Virus record (IMG/VR): IMGVR_UViG_3300021958_000026
Strand: one strand, 5' to 3'
DNA from: an uncultured virus (IMG/VR IMGVR_UViG_3300021958_000026)
Taxonomy: Duplodnaviria > Heunggongvirae > Uroviricota > Caudoviricetes
Length of the DNA stretch: 22,484 nt
Positions within the stretch are counted from its first letter, which is position 1. Each line of letters opens with the position of its first letter. Positions 9,413 to 17,359 of this stretch are shown in pieces. The notes beneath the pieces were generated by a model. The model was not told where the DNA came from. It searched no databases and saw only the letters and a program-made list of their open reading frames with translations. The translations under genes were made by a program, and so were the position numbers.

Positions 9413-11996
9413 ACACAGGTAATGATTTGTTAGAGAGGAATACAGAAACAATTCCATTTATGGGTGCAGAATTGAATGTTATAGTCCCATCTTCATTATC
9501 AGTGTATGTATTAGGTTTCTGACGTACCCCATCTATGAAGACATATGTATTACTACCTGAACCATCTGTTGGGAAATCAACACGAGAACCGTCTGCTTCG
9601 AAAGACGTTTCGTCTAGTGATTCATCAATACTTGTACCCCTTACAGTTACTTTTGGTTTTGTACTAACAACATCTGCAATCGGATTACCATCAATCTCAC
9701 CAAAATCAGGAAGATTTAAACTAATACCGAGAGGTAGTCCAACCATTTTTAGGAAATCACAGAATGTTAAATTAAGGAACTCGAATATTATACCTAATCC
9801 TATTTTATCTAAGAACTTTTTAATAAGTTTGACCCATGCCCAAAACAGTTTAGATGCCCAATTAACTTTAAAGTCTTGCAATGCAAGTTTAAACTCTGCA
9901 ATTTCTTGTTCAATTGACTTCACTGTTGTCTCAATTTCATCACCAATAATATCTCTTACTGACATTCCAAAAATTGAAAGTTCTAGTATTGCATCCCTAA
10001 TCCTTTGTCTAAATTCATTCATCTCTTTGAAGAGTTCATCTTCAAGTTTTTTTCTCTCCAACAATAACTCTTCTTTTGCAGCGATATCCATATCAGGATT
10101 ATCTTCAATTAGTTTATCGATTTCATTTATTTTTTTCTGAATACCTAGTTTTGTTTTATCAAATTCATCTTTGATATACTGTACTGCTTTATCAATGAGT
10201 TCATTTATATCTAAGTTTAATACATCCATAATTTCACTGAATGGTAAGTCAGGTAAACCCAATAAGTCCCATATCTCGTCAAACAAATCTATAAGTGCTT
10301 TAAATGCTTTTATATGCCAATTCAACATCCAGTCTTTTATTTCTAATTCGATACATTGAAATGCTTGTTCAACTTTTGCATCAACGTCTTCTAATCCTAA
10401 CTCACCATCAAATGCTTTACAGTGGTCAGGTAATAACTGATAAATTTTATCAACAAACTCTAGTCTTGAAAGTGTGAGCTCACCAAGTGTCTTTTCTAAA
10501 TTCTCCTTTTCTTCTAAGAGTTTTGCTTCTGCTTCAGCACTTAGTGATTGTGGGTCTTCTTTTAGTTTGTTGAGTTCTTCATCTAACTTTTCAATATCTT
10601 CTTTAACACTTATAATCTGTTTTACTATCTCTGAACCTGCAATTTGGTCTTTGAGATATTTCTTATAATCAGGTGATGTAACAAGTTCAAGCATATCAAT
10701 GGAGATGGTAAAAACTGTAATTGTGAAGTTTATACTAAAAAACTTCTTAACAAATTCTGCAATTTTAATAGGGATATACAAATGAAACTCTGCCATCATT
10801 TTAGTGATTGCATCGTTACATTCTTTTTGCCAGTTACGATTTTGGTCTTTATTCCACCAAGGTTCTAATGCATCTTCGATAGTTTCCATTAACTCCCTGA
10901 TAGTCTTAATAGTTTCATCTATTAATAAAATAGTAGTTAAGATGGATGCAACTTTATCTGCAGTTTCATTTTTTATTGCTTCTTCGCCTGGATCAGGGGG
11001 TGTTTGATTTGCAGCAGTAATGACACCTCCACCTGCCTCTCTTCTCTCTGCACCTTCTTCTATCACTTTCATCCATTCATCAGGTAATGTTGGAACATTG
11101 GGTGCAACCCTGTATCCAACACCGTTCTCATCATATTCTATATTATCGACCCAATATGACCTAAACCAAAATACATAGTAATCATACGGAATACCATCTT
11201 GACCTTCAGGTATTTCTCTACCTCCAGCATATGCATCAGGAAGTCTATAGAAGTTAGTGTCCCACCAACCACCAAATATTTCAAAGTTTACATACACGAT
11301 TCTTTCAAAGAAACCTAAATGCCATACACCAGCTCTTCCTAAGTTATTTCTACTTTGTGACCACGTCCAAGTTGCAGGGTTGGGTTGTTTTGAAAACCCC
11401 TCATATTTGTATCCTGCACGTTCAATAGGTGGGCCACCTGGCTCTACCGAAACCCAAATTCTAAAAGATTGTGGGCCCTGTGGAATGCCTGGCATGTTAT
11501 TCCAAATATCATATCGTCCTGTTAATCCCACATCATCTTCAGGAACATTTCCCAAATAATGTGCAAATGATATAACATCACCATTACGAAGTGACGATGT
11601 TATTCTACCTCTACTTCTATAAAGAAGTTCATCCATAACTACTGTAGCCCCTGCATACACATGAGGATTCCATCCACCGACAGTTTTAGGTTGTCCACCA
11701 GTTCTTACAGTATTATAACCTTCAGTAAGTGATTCTAGAGTTGCAATGGTGCTTAAGATACCTTGACGTTGTTCATCGGTTAATCCTTCACCAGTTTTGA
11801 GTTGTTGATAAAGTTCACCAATCTCTCTTTCACTGGTTGTTCTAAACTCTAAAAGTTTTGCTTCAAGTTTACTTGGGATTTGACCTATCTGATTGAATGC
11901 ATTGATAAGGTCTGCCTTTGTGGGTAGATTGAAGAGATCCCCTTCAGGACAAGGAATTATTGTAGGGATTTCTATTTTTGCAGGTTCTACTGTCAT
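9408..11996 (-). CDS. Hypothetical 862-aa, largely helical, probable baseplate/spike-associated protein
   Basis: Long ORF whose start overlaps the gp5 stop (ATGA). Contains coiled-coil and amphipathic repeats, an aromatic/Gly/Pro-rich inserted region and a C-terminal VFIDG..Q.P..Y...ITFNSAP beta domain. Confidence 0.8.
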   Translation of the reverse strand: MTVEPAKIEIPTIIPCPEGDLFNLPTKADLINAFNQIGQIPSKLEAKLLEFRTTSEREIGELYQQLKTGEGLTDEQRQGILSTIATLESLTEGYNTVRTGGQPKTVGGWNPHVYAGATVVMDELLYRSRGRITSSLRNGDVISFAHYLGNVPEDDVGLTGRYDIWNNMPGIPQGPQSFRIWVSVEPGGPPIERAGYKYEGFSKQPNPATWTWSQSRNNLGRAGVWHLGFFERIVYVNFEIFGGWWDTNFYRLPDAYAGGREIPEGQDGIPYDYYVFWFRSYWVDNIEYDENGVGYRVAPNVPTLPDEWMKVIEEGAERREAGGGVITAANQTPPDPGEEAIKNETADKVASILTTILLIDETIKTIRELMETIEDALEPWWNKDQNRNWQKECNDAITKMMAEFHLYIPIKIAEFVKKFFSINFTITVFTISIDMLELVTSPDYKKYLKDQIAGSEIVKQIISVKEDIEKLDEELNKLKEDPQSLSAEAEAKLLEEKENLEKTLGELTLSRLEFVDKIYQLLPDHCKAFDGELGLEDVDAKVEQAFQCIELEIKDWMLNWHIKAFKALIDLFDEIWDLLGLPDLPFSEIMDVLNLDINELIDKAVQYIKDEFDKTKLGIQKKINEIDKLIEDNPDMDIAAKEELLLERKKLEDELFKEMNEFRQRIRDAILELSIFGMSVRDIIGDEIETTVKSIEQEIAEFKLALQDFKVNWASKLFWAWVKLIKKFLDKIGLGIIFEFLNLTFCDFLKMVGLPLGISLNLPDFGEIDGNPIADVVSTKPKVTVRGTSIDESLDETSFEADGSRVDFPTDGSGSNTYVFIDGVRQKPNTYTDNEDGTITFNSAPINGIVSVFLSNKSLPVL

Positions 11997-13048
11997 GAAT
12001 TCATCTTCACTTCCACTGCACTCAATACGATATTACGAGCAGAAGTGAGATTCATGTCTTTACCTGACCTGATATCCATTTTTCCTGATACGTCAAACTT
12101 ACCGTCTCCGTATGCTGTCACATCTGCATTACCATTTGCGTGGATTTTGGCATTTCCTAAAATACGTACATTAACATTACCACCAACATAGACTTCTTGG
12201 TTTTTACATGTAACATGGTAGTGGTCATTCACTACATGGTGGACTTCAGAACCATCAGGGTGTATCTCTGTAAAGGTTCCTGACCTATGTTCGATTGCAA
12301 GTCTTTCTGCTTCGAATGTGTCATCTATTTCTATTAAGTGTCCTGACTCTGTATGTAAAACTTTGTTGTATGGATACACTGGATTTGCAGGTGAGTTTGG
12401 ATAGTGTTCCATACCTTTTATGGAGTTAATCTTTCTGACACTATAGTCACCTTCACCACGGGCAAACTTTGATATGTCTGATTCTTCAAAGTTCAGTGGG
12501 TAGTATGGAAGTTCATCCTCTTTAATTTCTGCATGGTCAACTGACGAACCACTTCCATCGTACTTGATATCTCTTCCTTCAATTGATGGTTGTTTGGGTG
12601 CAGTGTCCAATGCATATGTCAAACCCCATGACCTGTTTGGTGCAGAGGTTGGTGATACACCATCTTCTGTGTCCTTATAATCTTCTTCTTTTAATCTACG
12701 TGGGTCATTGAATCCTTTGTCTACTTTACGAGATAGGATAGTACCATCAACTGTTTGTTTGTATCCATCTGTAGTGATACCTGTTGACACTCCTAACACT
12801 ACAGGGTCTTGTTTGGTCGCATCTCTAAAGAAACCGAATACGGTTGCACCTTCTACGAGACCGTGTGAGTTAAATCCGATACCTGATAAACCACCTGCAG
12901 TAGTTGGAAGAATTACATGAGCCCATGGAAGGTCAGGTGTTGCAATCTCTGATTTGTTGTCTGTATGAATACCGTGAATACGTACACGAACCCTACCTAC
13001 TTTGAGAGGGTCATGTCTGTCTTCTACTACTCCAAAAAAAGTTTCCAT
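11993..13048 (-). CDS. gp5: Baseplate central spike gp5 (OB-fold plus short beta-helix, no recognisable lysozyme domain)
   Basis: 351 aa. FFGVVEDR.DPLK.GRVRVR..G.H......T.DLPWA...P N-terminus, YPYNKV..TESGH..E.DDT...ERL...HRSGTF.EI.PDG, then V.GN-type repeats. Confidence 0.9.
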   Translation of the reverse strand: METFFGVVEDRHDPLKVGRVRVRIHGIHTDNKSEIATPDLPWAHVILPTTAGGLSGIGFNSHGLVEGATVFGFFRDATKQDPVVLGVSTGITTDGYKQTVDGTILSRKVDKGFNDPRRLKEEDYKDTEDGVSPTSAPNRSWGLTYALDTAPKQPSIEGRDIKYDGSGSSVDHAEIKEDELPYYPLNFEESDISKFARGEGDYSVRKINSIKGMEHYPNSPANPVYPYNKVLHTESGHLIEIDDTFEAERLAIEHRSGTFTEIHPDGSEVHHVVNDHYHVTCKNQEVYVGGNVNVRILGNAKIHANGNADVTAYGDGKFDVSGKMDIRSGKDMNLTSARNIVLSAVEVKMNS

Positions 13049-14499
13049 TATATAACTTCTCCACCAGCAACATTCTCAAGTGGTTTATAAGATGCAATAT
13101 CTTTTGCAAAACTTTCTTTAACACATTCTACATGTATTACACCACTCTTCTTAAACGGATAACCCTCAAAACATAAATCTGTTATAAGATATCTATTGTC
13201 ATTTAATTCGTTTTTAATTTTATTATCAGGTTTTTTAACTTCAGGTTCAGGTATATCTAGTGTAATAATTGAACCACAACTGATATCTGTTCTAAAAGGA
13301 ATGTCAAGTTTCATAACATGTTGTTGAAGTATCTCTAACAATGCACGTCTCTCTAGTCTTGCAGAATCTACAACTTTATTACCTTCAAAAATTTCAGGTA
13401 AGGTAATATCATCTGCTTCACCATAGTTATGCATCATGTTAAAGTCTTCAATAACTACACTATTGAATGCCTTATTAGGTGCAAAATCAGCATCTTTAGG
13501 AACTGAGGGTGGACTTACAAATGGGTCTATTTGGTTTTCAGGTTCTAGTATCACCTCTTCATCATCTAATCTAATTATTGGAAATCCTGAAAGGTGTGTA
13601 CCTCGTTTCATAGTTTTTGCAAGGTCATAATGATGTTCTTCTTCAATTTTTTTCAGAGGATTGTACACTCTAGTTGAAGATGCATAAGCACCTGCAATTT
13701 GACCACGTAGTGTATCAAACAATTGTGGTTTCTCGTATCTTAGGACAGTAGAGTTTAAACCGCCTGGTGCATTGATAGGTATATCAAGTGAATCGACACT
13801 TGCAGATTTAGGGTAGTAATTAAATGCAACTGGAAATTCTCTTTCAAACATCTCATCAACTGACATGAATCTAAATCCACCATTTAATGTCTGAAATAAA
13901 AAGTATCCGTTTCTCCAAGCTGCATTGACTGACCTATCTGCATTGTTTACACAGTAATCTAAAAATTTATTGATTGTCCAATTGGGACATATGAACTGTA
14001 CATTTTGTGGAAGTGTTGATTCCCAAAAGTCTACTTCTGCATCCTTCATGCTTCCGAATTCTTTCATCGTTTTCAAAATCATTGATGAGTATGAACCTCT
14101 AAATGTTCTGCTCATTCTTTGTTTTTGGATGTAAAACAATCTCGGTTCACATAATTTAAGTTGATAAGTTTGTGACTTATCATCAACTCTTATATTGTTA
14201 AGGACTTTATAGACTCTTAGAGTTTTATCTATTGAGAATTTCTTTTCAGATGTATCCCCAACTCCCTCTTTCCCACGCAGTGATAATCTAACATGTTCTT
14301 GTCCAGTGATTTTATAATTCTTTAAAAGGTTGACACCATCGATAATAGAAATGTCTGCTGATACAAACTTATTGTAGATACTTTCAAACAGACGAAAGTT
14401 TGCAACAATACCTTCGATTGCAATTGAATCACCCTCAGGTGTAACTAGTGTCATTGCTTCAATGACAAACTCGCCAGGATTGAAGTTTCTCTTTTCCAT
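13048..14499 (-). CDS. Probable baseplate hub protein (gp27-like)
   Basis: 483 aa between gp53 and gp5. FESIY......I.I.DG.NL....ITGQE, YFLFQTL.GGFRF.SVD.M and C-terminal RYLIT.L...........CVKES resemble hub/tail-D-like proteins. The assignment rests mainly on synteny. Confidence 0.6.
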   Translation of the reverse strand: MEKRNFNPGEFVIEAMTLVTPEGDSIAIEGIVANFRLFESIYNKFVSADISIIDGVNLLKNYKITGQEHVRLSLRGKEGVGDTSEKKFSIDKTLRVYKVLNNIRVDDKSQTYQLKLCEPRLFYIQKQRMSRTFRGSYSSMILKTMKEFGSMKDAEVDFWESTLPQNVQFICPNWTINKFLDYCVNNADRSVNAAWRNGYFLFQTLNGGFRFMSVDEMFEREFPVAFNYYPKSASVDSLDIPINAPGGLNSTVLRYEKPQLFDTLRGQIAGAYASSTRVYNPLKKIEEEHHYDLAKTMKRGTHLSGFPIIRLDDEEVILEPENQIDPFVSPPSVPKDADFAPNKAFNSVVIEDFNMMHNYGEADDITLPEIFEGNKVVDSARLERRALLEILQQHVMKLDIPFRTDISCGSIITLDIPEPEVKKPDNKIKNELNDNRYLITDLCFEGYPFKKSGVIHVECVKESFAKDIASYKPLENVAGGEVI

Positions 14500-15212
14500 T
14501 AATTAGACATTAAACGTTCAAACTCATTTACCACTCTATTGATTAGTTCAGGTCTAATGATTTTGATTTTACGTTTTTCCTCATTGTGTTCCATTTCATG
14601 TTCTATCAATGAAACGGAGGTATAACCATTTTCAAAATAGTTTTTCTTTAAACCATCTGAATTAACATAATGAGACACGCCATCTTTCATCTCAATGACA
14701 TTTTCTATTTCAAATGATTTACCACTAACTTCACCAGTGATTACATCACCAGTTCTCCATTTAGTGCTATTAGTTACACCTAGTCTTTTATATGTAGGTT
14801 GTAATTGTAACACTCTTCCGTGTCCAACAGGGGTTGATATTTTTTCCCCCAAGAGGAATTTTTTGTCTTGGTCTATTAAATCAGATACATTTGTTACAGT
14901 AAGATAATGGCCTGGATATTTTTCTTTCATGTATATATCAAAAGTTTCAGTGTCTTTATGCCAGTCGTTATAGTTTAAGAATTCGTTAACTAGAAATAAT
15001 GTCCAGTGTAAGTCACCGTTACCATAGATTTTAGTTGCAACGATATCAGGTCTTTCACCATCTTGCAATTCATAATACTCATAATCTATGATATCATTTA
15101 TAAAACTTTGTTCAACAGTAGATTTTCTAAAGAAGTCTCTGATGGTGACATACTTACCACTCTCTAATCGATATCCTATCTTAGGAAAATTTTTAAATAG
15201 TTCGTTTGCCAT
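14499..15212 (-). CDS. gp53: Baseplate wedge subunit gp53
   Basis: 237 aa. F..FPKI.Y, Y...DGERPDIVA.KIYG...LHW.LFL.N (LysM-like) and E...NE.KRKIKII.P. Confidence 0.9.
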   Translation of the reverse strand: MANELFKNFPKIGYRLESGKYVTIRDFFRKSTVEQSFINDIIDYEYYELQDGERPDIVATKIYGNGDLHWTLFLVNEFLNYNDWHKDTETFDIYMKEKYPGHYLTVTNVSDLIDQDKKFLLGEKISTPVGHGRVLQLQPTYKRLGVTNSTKWRTGDVITGEVSGKSFEIENVIEMKDGVSHYVNSDGLKKNYFENGYTSVSLIEHEMEHNEEKRKIKIIRPELINRVVNEFERLMSN

Positions 15213-16288
15213 TATCCGCCTCCACCAGTTGACTCTTCAAGAACACTTGTACCACCTGAAATTTCACCTCTAAATTGTTCTGCAAACGGACTGATTTGTA
15301 CATAGTTCTCTTGAGATAGAATCTTAATCTCTAAGAATTCCATTGTTAATGTTGTTTTAATAGGTTGACCATCTACGAATGTTGAGAACTTTTGTCCACC
15401 AGTATGGTCAACATCACATTTTGAACATACCATAGGTAAGAAACCATCAACCTTTTCTGAAATTGGGCCTTCAAATTCTACATCAAATATGTTTGGATAG
15501 TTGAAAAAGTTTTCTATGTCTCCACCGTCTTGGGGTGCAAATGTATCAGGCAACATAGCAGTTCTAAATGAGAAAATGATATTATTCATCATCTCTGCTT
15601 CTTTTTGTGATTTAGGATAGAATTCATATGTAAAGTTAAATGACCTAAATCCAATACCATCTAACATTTGTTCTTGCATAGGATTAACTGCACGACCTTG
15701 TGTAAGATTAGTCAATCCTCCTGTTATAGAATCTGCCATTTTATTACCTACAGATTTAATTGCACTCATTGCTTCTGTACCCATATTCTCAAATGATTCT
15801 GCACTCAGACCATTCTCACCAAATCCTTCAATAACATCTGCAATTGCTTGGATGGCAGCACTCTGTCCTTTTGCATTGTAGGTGACGTTTGCTTGTGATA
15901 ATAGACCATCAGGTACATACAATTTTATTTCAACTTGATTATTATCTGAAAGTAAGTTTGCATTTCTACCACCACCTCGTTTCTTTCTTGGACGAGTGGT
16001 GAAAACAATCCAATTATCTAAATCCTCTAAAGGATATTGTAAATCTGTAAATGATGTTGCAGGATTTGCTTTTGCAAATCCTTTATTTTGAGTAGATGAA
16101 CTAATTTGAGACTCAAGACTTGAACGTCTCTCTTCTAAACTTTCTCTTGCCTCACGTGCTTGTTCTCCCAGTTGGTCAATAACTGAGTTGAAGTTGAGAC
16201 TTTTGATTTTACTCTCAATACCTTTGACTGAATTGAGTGCAGACTTTGCCTTGTTTACTTTACTTAAAAGTTTATCAATGAATGACAT
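15212..16288 (-). CDS. gp48: Baseplate tail-tube cap gp48
   Basis: NP..EQM..G..FRSF.F.YEF.PKS..EA.....II..F...MLP...YP..F, C...DVDH, P....LT..F.E..IL motifs. Start moved from 16342 to the ATG at 16288 (358 aa), which has an AGGA SD and avoids overlapping gp4. Confidence 0.82.
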   Translation of the reverse strand: MSFIDKLLSKVNKAKSALNSVKGIESKIKSLNFNSVIDQLGEQAREARESLEERRSSLESQISSSTQNKGFAKANPATSFTDLQYPLEDLDNWIVFTTRPRKKRGGGRNANLLSDNNQVEIKLYVPDGLLSQANVTYNAKGQSAAIQAIADVIEGFGENGLSAESFENMGTEAMSAIKSVGNKMADSITGGLTNLTQGRAVNPMQEQMLDGIGFRSFNFTYEFYPKSQKEAEMMNNIIFSFRTAMLPDTFAPQDGGDIENFFNYPNIFDVEFEGPISEKVDGFLPMVCSKCDVDHTGGQKFSTFVDGQPIKTTLTMEFLEIKILSQENYVQISPFAEQFRGEISGGTSVLEESTGGGG

Positions 16289-16295
16289 ATAAATA
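16288..16295 (+). promoter_or_regulatory. T4-type late promoter TATAAATA for gp4-HAD-kdsB
   Basis: Perfect consensus 24 nt upstream of the gp4 ATG. Confidence 0.8.
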
Positions 16296-16314
16296 ATCCT
16301 AAAGAGTTTACAGT

Positions 16315-16322
16315 TATTTATG
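16315..16322 (-). promoter_or_regulatory. T4-type late promoter variant CATAAATA for the gp48-gp53-hub-gp5 operon
   Basis: 7/8 consensus 26 nt upstream of the gp48 ATG. It is the only candidate at the head of this divergent operon. Confidence 0.7.
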
Positions 16323-16766
16323 TCATACAGTGGTAAGTTCAAACCGAAGAACTATAAAAAATACAAAGGAGACCCTACTAAAATCTTTTATCGTTCTCTA
16401 TGGGAACGTAAGTTTATGGTCTATTGTGATAACAATCCTGCTATTATAGAGTGGGGAAGTGAAGAAATCATCATACCGTATCGTTCACCTATCGATAAAA
16501 GGGTGCATCGATACTTTCCTGACTTCTATATAAAGTATGTGAACACTAGGGGACAATCGTTACGTGAGATTATCGAAGTTAAACCTAAGAGACAGACACT
16601 ACCACCCAAAGAACAGAAACGTAAAACCAAAAAATTTCTCAACGAGATTGCCACCTATGCAGTGAATCAAGCAAAATGGAAAGCTGCAGAAGAGTTTTGT
16701 GCAGACAGACGAATGAGTTTTAGAATATTAACGGAAGACCACTTATTACCAAACAAGAAAAAATGA
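16320..16766 (+). CDS. gp4: Head completion nuclease gp4
   Basis: 148 aa. Y.GKFKPKN.KKY.GDP..I.YRS.WE.KFM..CD.N..I..W.SEE..IPY.SP.D...HRYFPDF, IEVKP..QT..P, N.AKW.AA..FC......F.ILTE. Confidence 0.93.
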   Translation: MSYSGKFKPKNYKKYKGDPTKIFYRSLWERKFMVYCDNNPAIIEWGSEEIIIPYRSPIDKRVHRYFPDFYIKYVNTRGQSLREIIEVKPKRQTLPPKEQKRKTKKFLNEIATYAVNQAKWKAAEEFCADRRMSFRILTEDHLLPNKKK

Positions 16767-17359
16767 AAGCAGTAATCTTTGACTTAGATGGAGTCCTCAT
16801 AGATTCCAAAGAAAACATGCGAACTGCATGGGGTATGGTAATGTTGCAGTGTAACATCAAAGTTCCCTTTGAGAAATACTTTGCAGAGATTGGTAAACCC
16901 TTTGAGGATATACTAGACACCATAGGTATCAATCATTCGCACACTCTCATCAAAAGCATCTACGACCATTACTCTAAAGAGACACTAAACAAAGTTGAGT
17001 TTTATGATGGTGTATTTGATACACTAGTGGAGTTAAAAAAGACATACAAGATTGCTATAGTTACATCGAAGTCTGAAGATAGGACTCATCAAATACTATT
17101 GAAACTCCCACGTTTTGATTGGGTCAGTTGTCCTCGTAATTCCAGTAGAGGTAAACCAGCACCTGACCAACTACTATATACACTTGCACACTTAAAGGTA
17201 GACCCTGCAGATGCAGTCTATGTCGGTGATATGCAATCTGATAAAGAATGTGCAGACCGTGCTGGTGTAAAATTTATACATGCAAACTATGGATACGGTG
17301 AAGTACAATGCGAACACTCTCTAAACCGACTGTCGGACTTAATCAAGTTATTGGATTAA
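16763..17359 (+). CDS. HAD-superfamily phosphatase, subfamily IA (phosphoglycolate-phosphatase-like)
   Basis: 198 aa. Motif I FDLDGVLID, motif II VTSK, motif III KPAP, motif IV YVGDMQSD. ATGA overlap with gp4. Confidence 0.9.
   Translation: MKAVIFDLDGVLIDSKENMRTAWGMVMLQCNIKVPFEKYFAEIGKPFEDILDTIGINHSHTLIKSIYDHYSKETLNKVEFYDGVFDTLVELKKTYKIAIVTSKSEDRTHQILLKLPRFDWVSCPRNSSRGKPAPDQLLYTLAHLKVDPADAVYVGDMQSDKECADRAGVKFIHANYGYGEVQCEHSLNRLSDLIKLLD

Noticed and set aside
9535..10140. 201-aa plus-strand ORF
   Set aside because: Ser/Ile-rich antisense shadow of the 862-aa gene, with no SD or recognisable motif.
10990..11720. Possible intein or homing endonuclease within the 862-aa gene
   Set aside because: No C/S...HN-C/S/T splice motifs and no LAGLIDADG, HNH or GIY-YIG signature.
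16289..16342. ORF-track N-terminal extension of gp48 (MNLPLYDINN...)
   Set aside because: It uses a non-ATG start, overlaps gp4 and lies upstream of the late promoter. The ATG at 16288 has an SD.
16320..16766. TnsA-like nuclease suggesting a Tn7-type transposon
   Set aside because: The motifs and position match T4 gp4 head completion protein, which shares this fold. There is no tnsB/tnsC and no transposon ends.
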